A stretch of 64,000 bases of DNA from an uncultured Gammaproteobacteria bacterium (GTDB lineage: Bacteria; Pseudomonadota; Gammaproteobacteria; SZUA-229). Within the stretch, counting starts at the first letter, position 1, and the number at the start of each line of letters is the position of its first letter. Location: positions 118,270 to 182,269 of the forward strand of contig CAWECN010000020.1 of NCBI GenBank assembly GCA_963807625.1, in the 5' to 3' direction. The notes under the pieces are model-generated. The model was not told where the DNA came from, did not search any database, and was given only the letters and a program-made list of their open reading frames with translations. A program made the translations under genes and the position numbers. Below are positions 9,804 through 19,727 of the stretch, piece by piece.

Positions 9804-10826
9804 ATGAACCACTACGCTAAAAACACTTTAAGACTTATTTCTTCGCTCTGCCTATTTTCAGCGCTGATCGCCTGCTCCCCTGCCGGCGATAACGATCCTG
9901 AAAAAACGACATCACAGAGCAGTCCTGCGACTGAAGAAGCCGTTACCAATGAATTCCCATATGCGTTCGAGAAGGTAACAGACAACACCTGGGTGATGCA
10001 TGGTCCGCGCGAACTGCCGAACCCGCAGAACAAGGGCTTCATGAATAACCCGGGTATCGTTAAAACATCGGCCGGCCTGGTCATGATAGACCCCGGCTCT
10101 ACCGTACAGGTCGGTGAGAACGTTCTGGCCGAAGTTAAAAAGGTAAGCGACCTGCCTATCGTCGCGGTTTTCAATACGCATATTCACGGTGATCACTGGC
10201 TGGCAAACCAGGCGGTTAAAACTGCCTATCCTGACGTTAAGATCTACGGGCATAGCGAGATGCTGGTGGAGATCGAAAATGGAGAAGGTGAAAACTGGGT
10301 CAACCTTATGGATAGCATGACCGAAGGCGCCAGCAAGGGCACCATCGTGGTCGCGCCCGACAACGCCGTCGACAATACCAATATCATCAAAGTCGGTGAT
10401 ACACAGTTCAAGATACACCATTACGGTATAGCCCATACTAAAACGGACATCATGATCGAAGTCATCGAGAATTCTGTGATCTTCCTCGGTGATAATGTTC
10501 TGTCATTGCGCATCCCGAGAACGTCCGATGGCACCTTCCAGGGAAACATCTCTACCATCGAGACCATGCTCCAGAGCGAAGCGAAAACCTATGTGCCCGG
10601 ACATGGACCGACCGGCGACAGGGCCATGGTCGAAACATACCTGGGTTACCTGACACGGATCTATGAAGCCGCTCAAAAAGCTTTCGAGGAAGATCTGGAC
10701 AGCAGTGATGTGATTGGCATCACACAGGAGACGACCGCAGCCTATAAAGACTGGCATGGTTATGATGATCTGCTTGGGCCACAGGGTGCGCAGGCGTATA
10801 GTGAAGTTGAAGCGGCTGAGTTTTAG
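9804..10826 (+). CDS. MBL-fold metallo-hydrolase, secreted/lipoprotein
   Basis: 340 aa with a signal peptide and lipobox-like LIACS, and the metallo-beta-lactamase motif HIHGDHW (HxHxDH). Confidence 0.75.
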   Translation: MNHYAKNTLRLISSLCLFSALIACSPAGDNDPEKTTSQSSPATEEAVTNEFPYAFEKVTDNTWVMHGPRELPNPQNKGFMNNPGIVKTSAGLVMIDPGSTVQVGENVLAEVKKVSDLPIVAVFNTHIHGDHWLANQAVKTAYPDVKIYGHSEMLVEIENGEGENWVNLMDSMTEGASKGTIVVAPDNAVDNTNIIKVGDTQFKIHHYGIAHTKTDIMIEVIENSVIFLGDNVLSLRIPRTSDGTFQGNISTIETMLQSEAKTYVPGHGPTGDRAMVETYLGYLTRIYEAAQKAFEEDLDSSDVIGITQETTAAYKDWHGYDDLLGPQGAQAYSEVEAAEF

Positions 10827-11108
10827 TATTTAGTTATCCTCTCGAATCTGTTGACCTGTCATCTCGAATGAAGGGATTCCTACATGGAGGTAGGTTATTA
10901 GAGCAATGCAGGAGCAATTGCCGAGAGATCTTGAGTTGGCAACGATGTTATTTAATTCTGATACGGCTTTTAATCAGGCATTGCGGGTCTCGCCCCGCAA
11001 TCTCTAATCTAAGGGACAGATCTATTTTAAAATTCTAAAAAAGATCTGTCTGTTGGTCGAGATGATAGTAGTGATTTATGGATGACAAAGAAATTTATAG
11101 ATTACAGA

Positions 11109-12698
11109 TCAATTATAAATCCCATGCTCACGCGTAGAAAGGAAATTGATCTCCGGCCACTTCTCAATAGTCATATCAAGATTAACGCGCGTCGGTGCGA
11201 TATAGGCAAGGTCACCGGCGTGATCGAGGGCCAGGTTGGTCGTCTGGCGTGCCTTGAACTTGGCCAGCTCTTTATCATCATCGCATTCCACCCAGCGTGC
11301 AGTGGTGACATTAACCGCTTCAAAATTGCAGTCGACACTGTACTCATCCATCAGTCGATGTTTGACTACTTCAAACTGCAGCACACCGACGGCTCCAAGA
11401 ATCAGGTCATTATTATGCAGGGGGCGGTATAGCTGAGTCGCACCCTCTTCACATAACTGCATCAATCCTTTCTGCAGCGCTTTCATTTTCAACGGGTCTT
11501 TCAACTGCGCACGCCTGAACAGTTCAGGTGCAAAGTTAGGGATGCCGGTAAATGCCAGGTCTTCTCCCATGGTGAAGGTATCGCCGATACGCATGGTTCC
11601 ATGGTTATGCAAACCGATGATATCACCGGAAAAAGCCTCTTCGACATGTTCACGATCCGATGCCATAAAGGTCACGGCATCAGCGAGTTTGATATCTTTG
11701 CCCAGGCGCACATGTTTAACCTTCATGCCCTTCTTATAGGTACCGGAGCAGATGCGAACAAAAGCGATGCGGTCACGATGCCCCGGGTCCATGTTCGCCT
11801 GGATCTTGAACACAAAGCCGGTGAACTTATCCTCTTCGGGTTCTACGATACGGCTCTGGGTCTCGCGGGCCCTGGGTGACGGTGCGAAGTCATTCAATGC
11901 ATCGAGCAGTTCACCGACACCGAAATTATTAATACCTGAACCGAAGAATACCGGGGTCAGTTCGCCTTTTTGATAAGCCGCCAGGTCAAATTCGTGACTG
12001 GCACCTTTCACCAGTTCGATCTCTTCGCGAAGTTCTTCCGCCAGATGCCCGAGGATCTTATCGAGTTGTGGATTATCCAGCCCTTCGACGACATCACCGG
12101 CCTGTATCTTTCCGCCGTGCGTCGCGCTGAAGAAATGCACGGTATCGGTGGCAAGATTGAATACACCCTTGAAGTTTTTACCCATGCCGATGGGCCAGGT
12201 GATCGGTGCACATTGAATATTCAGGATGTCCTCGATCTCATCGAGGATATCGATGGGCTCACGTGCTTCCCGGTCCATCTTGTTGACGAAGGTAATAATC
12301 GGCGTGGTGCGCAGGCGACAGACCTCCATCAATTTGATGGTCCTGTCCTCGACACCTTTCGCCGCATCGATCACCATCAATGCCGAGTCGACGGCCGTCA
12401 ATGTACGGTAAGTATCCTCGGAGAAATCGGCATGGCCCGGTGTATCCAGCAGGTTGATGATGCAATCTTTGTGTGGAAACTGCATGACAGAAGAAGTCAC
12501 CGAGATACCACGCTGCTTCTCCAGTTCCATCCAGTCGGATGTGGCATGACGTGCTGCTTTTCGACCTTTTACCGTACCCGCCATCTGGATCGCACCGCTG
12601 AACAGCAGCAGCTTCTCTGTCAGCGTGGTCTTACCGGCATCGGGGTGAGAGATAATGGCGAAGGTTCGCCGACGTTTTACTTCATCTAAATAAGCCAT
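11109..12698 (-). CDS. prfC: peptide chain release factor 3
   Basis: 529 aa with an N-terminal GTPase domain ([18 protein letters not shown]). Collinear with E. coli RF3. Confidence 0.95.
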   Translation of the reverse strand: MAYLDEVKRRRTFAIISHPDAGKTTLTEKLLLFSGAIQMAGTVKGRKAARHATSDWMELEKQRGISVTSSVMQFPHKDCIINLLDTPGHADFSEDTYRTLTAVDSALMVIDAAKGVEDRTIKLMEVCRLRTTPIITFVNKMDREAREPIDILDEIEDILNIQCAPITWPIGMGKNFKGVFNLATDTVHFFSATHGGKIQAGDVVEGLDNPQLDKILGHLAEELREEIELVKGASHEFDLAAYQKGELTPVFFGSGINNFGVGELLDALNDFAPSPRARETQSRIVEPEEDKFTGFVFKIQANMDPGHRDRIAFVRICSGTYKKGMKVKHVRLGKDIKLADAVTFMASDREHVEEAFSGDIIGLHNHGTMRIGDTFTMGEDLAFTGIPNFAPELFRRAQLKDPLKMKALQKGLMQLCEEGATQLYRPLHNNDLILGAVGVLQFEVVKHRLMDEYSVDCNFEAVNVTTARWVECDDDKELAKFKARQTTNLALDHAGDLAYIAPTRVNLDMTIEKWPEINFLSTREHGIYN

Positions 12699-12817
12699 AG
12701 CGGCGCAATTATACAGGCTTAACAGAATAACGAAACAGCTCTGATCGAAACTGCTCCTGACGATGACGTCATAGCCGAAATTTTACAAAACTCACTGTGC
12801 ACACAGTGTCTCCGACC

Positions 12818-13945
12818 TCACCAGCGCCTGTTATAGTCGATACTTACCGCGCCCGACATCATGTCCGGATTACTGCCGACCGCGCATCGTTCAGCATCCA
12901 GATTGTCATACCAGTCGCGGTAGTTCAACATCACTGTCGGTGACATGATGCAATGTTTCTGGCCGAACGGGTGCCCGAGATGCAACAGCAGGTGTCCGAT
13001 CTCGTGGGTCAATAACGCGGCAGAGTAATTCACTATCTGCTCATCTGAATACGTCTCATCCTGTCGCAGCGTGGTCAACAGCTCTGAATCATTCAGCATC
13101 GGATAGACCATGATGTAGACATAACTGGAGAATGCCGTATTTTTATTGTACGTGGTCGTACCAGCTGTAACTCCACCCCGGATCGAAGAATGTACATCCA
13201 TCGCATATTTTTCCGCACTAGCGACAAGCTGATTGGTGATGACGATATCGTATGGAAGTTCGCCGTACCCCAGGCTGTCCCACCACACCCATTCATGATA
13301 AGCATTGTTCTCTAGTACCGGCTTACCATCCTCTGCTAGCTGAGCCTGCCAGAACTCAAGCCTTGAGATCAGGGTATCGACCAGCGCGTAAGAGAGCTCG
13401 ATAAAGTCTCTTGGTTTGACCTCTGGATGCAACAGGTAAGGCTGTGCAAAATCGATGACGTTATTTTTGTTACCCGCATAATTCTCTAACGTTTTGAACA
13501 CGGACTGCTGCATTGCTTCACGCACCTGCTCATCGATGTGATCGATATCGACAATCTCATCCCGTCGTGCGCTTAGTACCACACCACTCAACTGCTTAAA
13601 TATATCTTTAATGGGGATCGTGTCTACATCCGAAAAAATAATATCGATAGCAAAATGCTGCTTCACCATCTGCTGGCTGCGCGACAATATCCTGGTTGCC
13701 TGGTCTTCTGTAAGCTGCTTGAATCGAGGGTTAACCACACTGGCAACACGCAGCTTAACTGGCTGTACAGAAAGTTCAGGCAGAGGAACCGTAGCCCAGT
13801 CATCTGACTGTGATTTATTTTCTGCGTCGTCAGTATTACAAGCGGTAATAGAGCACAACAGAAAAGACAGCACGAATATACGGCAGGATGCCCTGTACGA
13901 AACTTTGAATATTTTATAGCTCATCACATACAGCTCCCTGCACAT
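12818..13945 (-). CDS. putative zinc metallopeptidase lipoprotein (HExxH)
   Basis: 375 aa with a signal peptide and lipobox (LLCSITAC) and an HEIGHLLLHLGH zinc-binding signature. Alternative start at 13924 (MSYKIF). Confidence 0.55.
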   Translation of the reverse strand: MCRELYVMSYKIFKVSYRASCRIFVLSFLLCSITACNTDDAENKSQSDDWATVPLPELSVQPVKLRVASVVNPRFKQLTEDQATRILSRSQQMVKQHFAIDIIFSDVDTIPIKDIFKQLSGVVLSARRDEIVDIDHIDEQVREAMQQSVFKTLENYAGNKNNVIDFAQPYLLHPEVKPRDFIELSYALVDTLISRLEFWQAQLAEDGKPVLENNAYHEWVWWDSLGYGELPYDIVITNQLVASAEKYAMDVHSSIRGGVTAGTTTYNKNTAFSSYVYIMVYPMLNDSELLTTLRQDETYSDEQIVNYSAALLTHEIGHLLLHLGHPFGQKHCIMSPTVMLNYRDWYDNLDAERCAVGSNPDMMSGAVSIDYNRRW

Positions 13946-13996
13946 TAATGTAATTCACATCGTTTGACCGCAAACCCTGATTGATGCTGCAGCGGG

Positions 13997-14491
13997 CTAA
14001 CTACTATTGGAAAGATACTTGGCCAGTATGATCGCATCTTCGCGGCCGTTTTCAGCTGGATAATATGCCTTACGCACCCCCAGTTCGTGAAAACCTTCAG
14101 ACTGGTACAGCAGCTGTGCGTTTGTATTGGAGCGCCTAACTTCGAGCAATACCATGTCAATATCAGTCTGGTTTGACTTTTTGACGAGGTGGCGCAGCAG
14201 GTAACGACCAAGTCCCTTCCCCTGGTACTCCGGGTCGATACAGACATTCAGTATATGTGCTTCACCCGGCGACAGCATCACGATGCCATAACCGATGACC
14301 ACATAGTCCAGCGTCATAACCCAGGCATTATGGCCGACACGCAAACAGTCTCGAAAAATACCCAATGTCCAGGGGTGCGGGTAAGCCCTTTGCTCGACCG
14401 CGACGACCTGTTTCAGGTCGGTATAATTCATGGTTCGCACTTCGACCAGCGCACTCATCTCATCAGGCATGTTTTCGATATTTACTGCCAT
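13997..14491 (-). CDS. rimI: ribosomal-protein-alanine N-acetyltransferase (GNAT)
   Basis: GNAT fold with acetyl-CoA motif (QGKGLGRYLL) resembling E. coli RimI. The ORF track extends to 14557, but the likely start is an internal Met near 14491 or 14470. Confidence 0.75.
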   Translation of the reverse strand: MAVNIENMPDEMSALVEVRTMNYTDLKQVVAVEQRAYPHPWTLGIFRDCLRVGHNAWVMTLDYVVIGYGIVMLSPGEAHILNVCIDPEYQGKGLGRYLLRHLVKKSNQTDIDMVLLEVRRSNTNAQLLYQSEGFHELGVRKAYYPAENGREDAIILAKYLSNSS

Positions 14492-14514
14492 AACATGTTT
14501 TATATTTAAAAGCC

Positions 14515-15246
14515 CTACCTTGCCATCATCGCCTGTAACTGCTGCAGATCCGCCCACGCCTTTCGCTTATTTTCCGCTTGCTGTATAAGTTCCTGAGGTG
14601 AATAAGTGACAAACAGGGGGATCGATTCAAACTGGTATGGCTGTCCCGTATTGCCCGTACCCGGATTCATGGCACGGTAATCATCGATAGCCAGATCTTT
14701 CTGTAGCAGACAACGCACAGCTGTTTCACCCAGGACAACGATAAGCTCTGGCCTGATTAACCGGACCTGTTGTTTCAGGTATTCATTACAGGAGCGGATC
14801 TCTTTCGGTGAAATCGTATGGCTGGCAGGTACTGCACATTTCAATAACGAAGAGATATAGACATCGTCGATATCGATATCGATAGCAGCCAGCATCCTGG
14901 CAAATAGATCACCGGCCGCATCACTGCATATCAGGCCATTATTATCATCGCTGACATCAGGCGCCAATAACACGAACATCAGATCTGCTGCCTGGTTGCC
15001 ACGTCCCGTCAGTGCCTGTTTTCGTGTTTCATGCAGAACACATTGCTCACATGTCTCAATATTTTGCTCCAGTTGTGACCAGCCTGTGTCAGTAACATCC
15101 CTGTCACTCTCCACATTCTGTTCGACATCGTGATCATCGTTTTGCTGTAGCGCTGGTTCGAGCGACTGCCAGCATTGCACCCCCATCACATCCAGATAAT
15201 ATCGGCGTGTATTTTCATCTAAAGGGGGTGCGATGTCTTTCGTCAT
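14515..15246 (-). CDS. UDG family-4-like / DNA pol III psi-like protein with degenerate catalytic motifs
   Basis: 243 aa immediately upstream of rimI, which is the holD position in E. coli (holD-rimI-yjjG-prfC). The C-terminal part has a family-4 UDG-like fold, but the GE[AG]PG and HPS motifs are replaced (LLAPDV; YSPQE). Confidence 0.55.
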   Translation of the reverse strand: MTKDIAPPLDENTRRYYLDVMGVQCWQSLEPALQQNDDHDVEQNVESDRDVTDTGWSQLEQNIETCEQCVLHETRKQALTGRGNQAADLMFVLLAPDVSDDNNGLICSDAAGDLFARMLAAIDIDIDDVYISSLLKCAVPASHTISPKEIRSCNEYLKQQVRLIRPELIVVLGETAVRCLLQKDLAIDDYRAMNPGTGNTGQPYQFESIPLFVTYSPQELIQQAENKRKAWADLQQLQAMMAR

Positions 15247-15259
15247 ATACCAGGACCCA

Positions 15260-16837
15260 TCAAACGTCTCCGAGTTGAGGGTGTTCTCTATCGTCAGTTT
15301 TTTCCAGCTTGTTTAGCGCGTTGATATAAGCATTAGCAGATGCGATCACGATGTCCGTGTCTGCGCCTTGGCCACTGACGATACGGCCGGCTTTCTCCAG
15401 CCTTACTGTCACTTCGCCCTGTGCATCGGTACCGCTGGTTATATTATTAACCGAATACAGCTGCAGCTGGGTACCGCTGTTCACCACGCTTTCGATAGCC
15501 CTGAACGAGGCATCCACCGGGCCGCCACCGCTGGCACTGGCAGATACTTCTTCACCACCGATCTCAAGCACGATAGAAGCATTTGGCGTTTCACCGGTCT
15601 CAGAACAGACACGAAGACTGACCAGCTTGTAATGCTCGTTCTCGATCGCCCAGTTGGTATCGGCAACCAGTGCATGCAGATCTTCATCAAAGATCTCATG
15701 TTTCTTGTCTGCCAGGTCTTTGAAACGTGAAAAAGCTTCGTTCAGCTCCTGCTCGGTACTGAACTCGATATTCAATTCGTGCAGTCGGCTCTTGAACGCA
15801 TTTCGACCTGAGTGTTTACCTAATACCATGCGGTTATCCGACCAGCCGACATCCTGGGCACGCATGATTTCGTAAGTCTCACGGCTCTTCAAGATACCGT
15901 CCTGATGGATACCGGATTCATGCGCAAATGCGTTGGCACCAACGATGGCCTTATTCGGCTGTACCGGAAAACCGGTAATCCCGGAAACCAGCTTCGAACA
16001 TGGCACGATCTGCGTGGCATCAAGATTGGTGTCGCAGGCAAAGACATCCTGACGAGTACGCACTGCCATTACGATCTCTTCCAGTGAGGCATTACCTGCA
16101 CGCTCACCCAGGCCATTGATGGTACATTCGACCTGGCGTGCGCCATTCAGTACGGCAGACAGTGAGTTACCAACAGCCAGCCCCAGGTCGTTATGGCAGT
16201 GTACCGAGAAGATCGCTTTATCCGAATTAGGAACGCGCTCTAACAGGGTGTGGATCAAGCCGCCAAACTGATGCGGGATGTTATAACCCACGGTATCAGG
16301 AATATTGATCGTGGTCGCACCGGCGTCGATTACAGCCTCGATGACACGACACAGGAAATCGGTTTCAGAACGACCGGCATCTTCCGGTGAAAACTCCACA
16401 TCATCGGTAAACTTTCTCGCCATTTTTACAGCTTCAACAGCCTGCGCAAGCACATCGTCCGGCTGCATACGCAGCTTCATCTTCATGTGGATAGGCGAGG
16501 TTGCGATAAACGTGTGGATACGCGAAGACTCTGCGGGCTTTAATGCTTCACCTGCACGGTTTATATCCTTTTCCAGCGCTCGCGCAAGACCGCATACGGT
16601 ACTCTCTTTTATCACAGATGCGACGGCTTTCACCGACTCAAAATCACCTGGACTGGCGATGGGAAAACCTGCTTCGATAACGTCAACACGCATCTTTTGC
16701 AGCGCTTTTGCAATACGTACCTTTTCGTCTTTGGTCATGGAAGCACCTGGACTTTGCTCACCATCACGCAAGGTTGTATCAAATATTATTAACCTATCCT
16801 GTTTGCTTTTTTTTCTTTCTGTAGATTCATTACTCAT
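15260..16837 (-). CDS. leuA: 2-isopropylmalate synthase
   Basis: 525 aa with an N-terminal [12 protein letters not shown] motif and a C-terminal LeuA dimerisation/regulatory domain. Confidence 0.95.
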   Translation of the reverse strand: MSNESTERKKSKQDRLIIFDTTLRDGEQSPGASMTKDEKVRIAKALQKMRVDVIEAGFPIASPGDFESVKAVASVIKESTVCGLARALEKDINRAGEALKPAESSRIHTFIATSPIHMKMKLRMQPDDVLAQAVEAVKMARKFTDDVEFSPEDAGRSETDFLCRVIEAVIDAGATTINIPDTVGYNIPHQFGGLIHTLLERVPNSDKAIFSVHCHNDLGLAVGNSLSAVLNGARQVECTINGLGERAGNASLEEIVMAVRTRQDVFACDTNLDATQIVPCSKLVSGITGFPVQPNKAIVGANAFAHESGIHQDGILKSRETYEIMRAQDVGWSDNRMVLGKHSGRNAFKSRLHELNIEFSTEQELNEAFSRFKDLADKKHEIFDEDLHALVADTNWAIENEHYKLVSLRVCSETGETPNASIVLEIGGEEVSASASGGGPVDASFRAIESVVNSGTQLQLYSVNNITSGTDAQGEVTVRLEKAGRIVSGQGADTDIVIASANAYINALNKLEKTDDREHPQLGDV

Positions 16838-17099
16838 GACTTGACCTTCAAATCAATAAATTTCCGGGTATAAATATGTTGAGCGCGTATTCTCCTCGCC
16901 AGGAATCATTAGCTGCCCTAAGGCAGGAGGAGAAACAGAGAGCCAAGTAGTGCCGAAAATGACAGGAAAGCCACAGCCGATGCTGACGCAATAGAAGTGC
17001 GCGTTACAGCGAGGTCAAGTTGTGACGTAAAATTATACATAGGTGATTCAACTATAGCGATATGTCAAAAATTTTACAAGCTGAAATTTAGAATTAAGG

Positions 17100-17867
17100 C
17101 TATTCTTTCATGCCGCGTTTTTTAAATCGGCGCAGCACGCTGATTACTGGCCCGGATAACGCGTAAGCCATAAAACAGCCGAACAGTGAGATCGGCGGAT
17201 CGATCGCAGAAAATACGAAGATCATCACCACCACCAGCATCGCTACAAAGGGTACTTTATTATGAAAATCGATATCTTTGAAACTGTAGTAAGAAACGTT
17301 GCTCACCATCATCAGACCGGCAAACACGATGATGGGTAAAGCGATCATCGCCACCGCCTCGCCTTCGATACCATTATCAAAGCAGGCCCAGACGAAACCG
17401 ACTACGACCCCGGCAGCAGCTGGACTTGGCAGCCCCTGAAAATAACGTTTATCGGTATTGCTCGCTTTGGTATTAAACCGCGCGAGCCGTAACGCAGCTG
17501 AAGCCACAAAAAGGAATGCCGCCAGCCAGCCAAGTTTTCCCATCGGGTAGCTGACATTGATCAGCGATGACAGAGACCATTCATACATCACCAGCGCGGG
17601 CGCCAGTCCAAATGATCCCATATCGGCCAGGCTATCATATTCAGCACCAAACTCGGACTGTGTATTTGTCATACGGGCGACGCGGCCGTCGAGCGCATCA
17701 AGGATCATGGCGATAAAGATAGCCACCGATGCCTGCTCAAACTTGCCCTGTGTCGCTGCCACGATGCCATAAAAACCGGCAAATAATGCAGCCGTGGTAA
17801 TCAGATTAGGCAGTAGATATATACCGCGACGACGTTTTTTATCGGGTAGTTCTTGTCTTGGTTCCAT
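17100..17867 (-). CDS. pssA: CDP-diacylglycerol--serine O-phosphatidyltransferase (CDP-alcohol phosphatidyltransferase family)
   Basis: 255-aa multi-TM protein with the signature DG..AR........G...D...D (DALDGRVARMTNTQSEFGAEYDSLAD). The ilvIH-ilvC-pssA order matches Pseudomonas. Confidence 0.8.
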   Translation of the reverse strand: MEPRQELPDKKRRRGIYLLPNLITTAALFAGFYGIVAATQGKFEQASVAIFIAMILDALDGRVARMTNTQSEFGAEYDSLADMGSFGLAPALVMYEWSLSSLINVSYPMGKLGWLAAFLFVASAALRLARFNTKASNTDKRYFQGLPSPAAAGVVVGFVWACFDNGIEGEAVAMIALPIIVFAGLMMVSNVSYYSFKDIDFHNKVPFVAMLVVVMIFVFSAIDPPISLFGCFMAYALSGPVISVLRRFKKRGMKE

Positions 17868-17924
17868 AAGCTTAAGGATAGCCTAGTCTTGCTGTATCGT
17901 CTAACTATAAAAAGACATATTTAA

Positions 17925-18017
17925 CCGCAGAGGCGCGGAGATGCAAAGTTTTTTATTGTTAATTGCGCCCGCGGCGCAACTAACAATAATAATATATTTT
18001 TCTCTGCGTCTCTGCGG
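17925..18017. repeat. Long hairpin repeat of the same family as 8050-8146 (CCGCAGAG...CTCTGCGG arms) with a nested inner palindrome
   Basis: Arms are CCGCAGAGGCGCGGAG (17925-17940) and CTCTGCGTCTCTGCGG (18002-18017). The loop holds an inner IR, TTGTTAATTGCGCC/GGCGCAACTAACAA. Terminal motifs are shared with the post-valS element. Confidence 0.6.
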
Positions 18018-18040
18018 TAAACCAGGCTTTTCAGTGGTAC

Positions 18041-18068
18041 AAAAAAAGGGCCCGACGGCCCTTTTTTA
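18041..18068. terminator. bidirectional rho-independent terminator (downstream of ilvC)
   Basis: AAAAAAA-GGGCC-CGAC-GGCCC-TTTTTT: a GC stem flanked by an A-run and a T-run. Confidence 0.7.
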
Positions 18069-18088
18069 TCTAACAAACAAAACCGGGA

Positions 18089-19111
<1,023 letters not shown>

Positions 19112-19197
19112 TTAGTCCGTAAACGTTTTTAATTTAAAAATCTGTAATTATTGTGCTCTAGAGAACAACCCATAACCCACCTGGTCCAAGCAGGCCG

Positions 19198-19686
19198 TTA
19201 TACCATTCCCTTATCGCCGCGACCCATGCCCAACTGCCCTGAACGGACGACTTCTAGCATGGTGATATTTTCCAGTGCTTTCAGCACTGCATCAATTTTT
19301 TCACTGTCACCGGTGACTTCCAGCGTATAAGTGGTATCGGTCATGTCGATCACATGGCCATTGAATATGTCGACGATACGCTTTACTTCATCGCGCTGTT
19401 CGCTCTCTGCCTTCACCTTGATCAGGATCAGTTCACGCTCTACGTGTGCGTCTTTCGTCAGATTCACCAGCTTCACCACATCGATCAGCTTGTTCAGCTG
19501 CTTACATACCTGTTCGACGATATCGTCTGTACCCGTGGTCACCAGTGTCATCCTTGATAAGGATGGATCATCGGTCGGCGCCACAGTGAGCGATTCGATA
19601 TTGTACGCTCGTGCAGAAAACAGTCCGGCTACACGCGACAGGGCACCCGATTCATTCTCTAATAAGATAGATATAATATGTTTCAT
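19198..19686 (-). CDS. ilvH: acetolactate synthase small (regulatory) subunit
   Basis: N-terminal ACT domain (MKHIISILLENESGALSRVAGLFSARAYNIESL). The ORF track extends to 19722; the likely start is MKHII at 19686. Confidence 0.9.
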   Translation of the reverse strand: MKHIISILLENESGALSRVAGLFSARAYNIESLTVAPTDDPSLSRMTLVTTGTDDIVEQVCKQLNKLIDVVKLVNLTKDAHVERELILIKVKAESEQRDEVKRIVDIFNGHVIDMTDTTYTLEVTGDSEKIDAVLKALENITMLEVVRSGQLGMGRGDKGMV

Positions 19687-19727
19687 TTCTACTGCTTCAG
19701 AATTGTCTGTTTCGTATACCACGACTG

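Noticed and set aside
9912-10436. 174-aa minus-strand ORF
   Set aside because: Antisense to the MBL-fold hydrolase gene.
11970-12689. 239-aa plus-strand ORF
   Set aside because: It lies entirely antisense to prfC, whose frame has clear GTPase motifs. Composition is non-protein-like.
16305-16844. 179-aa plus-strand ORF
   Set aside because: Antisense to leuA. Ser/Ala-rich low-complexity translation.
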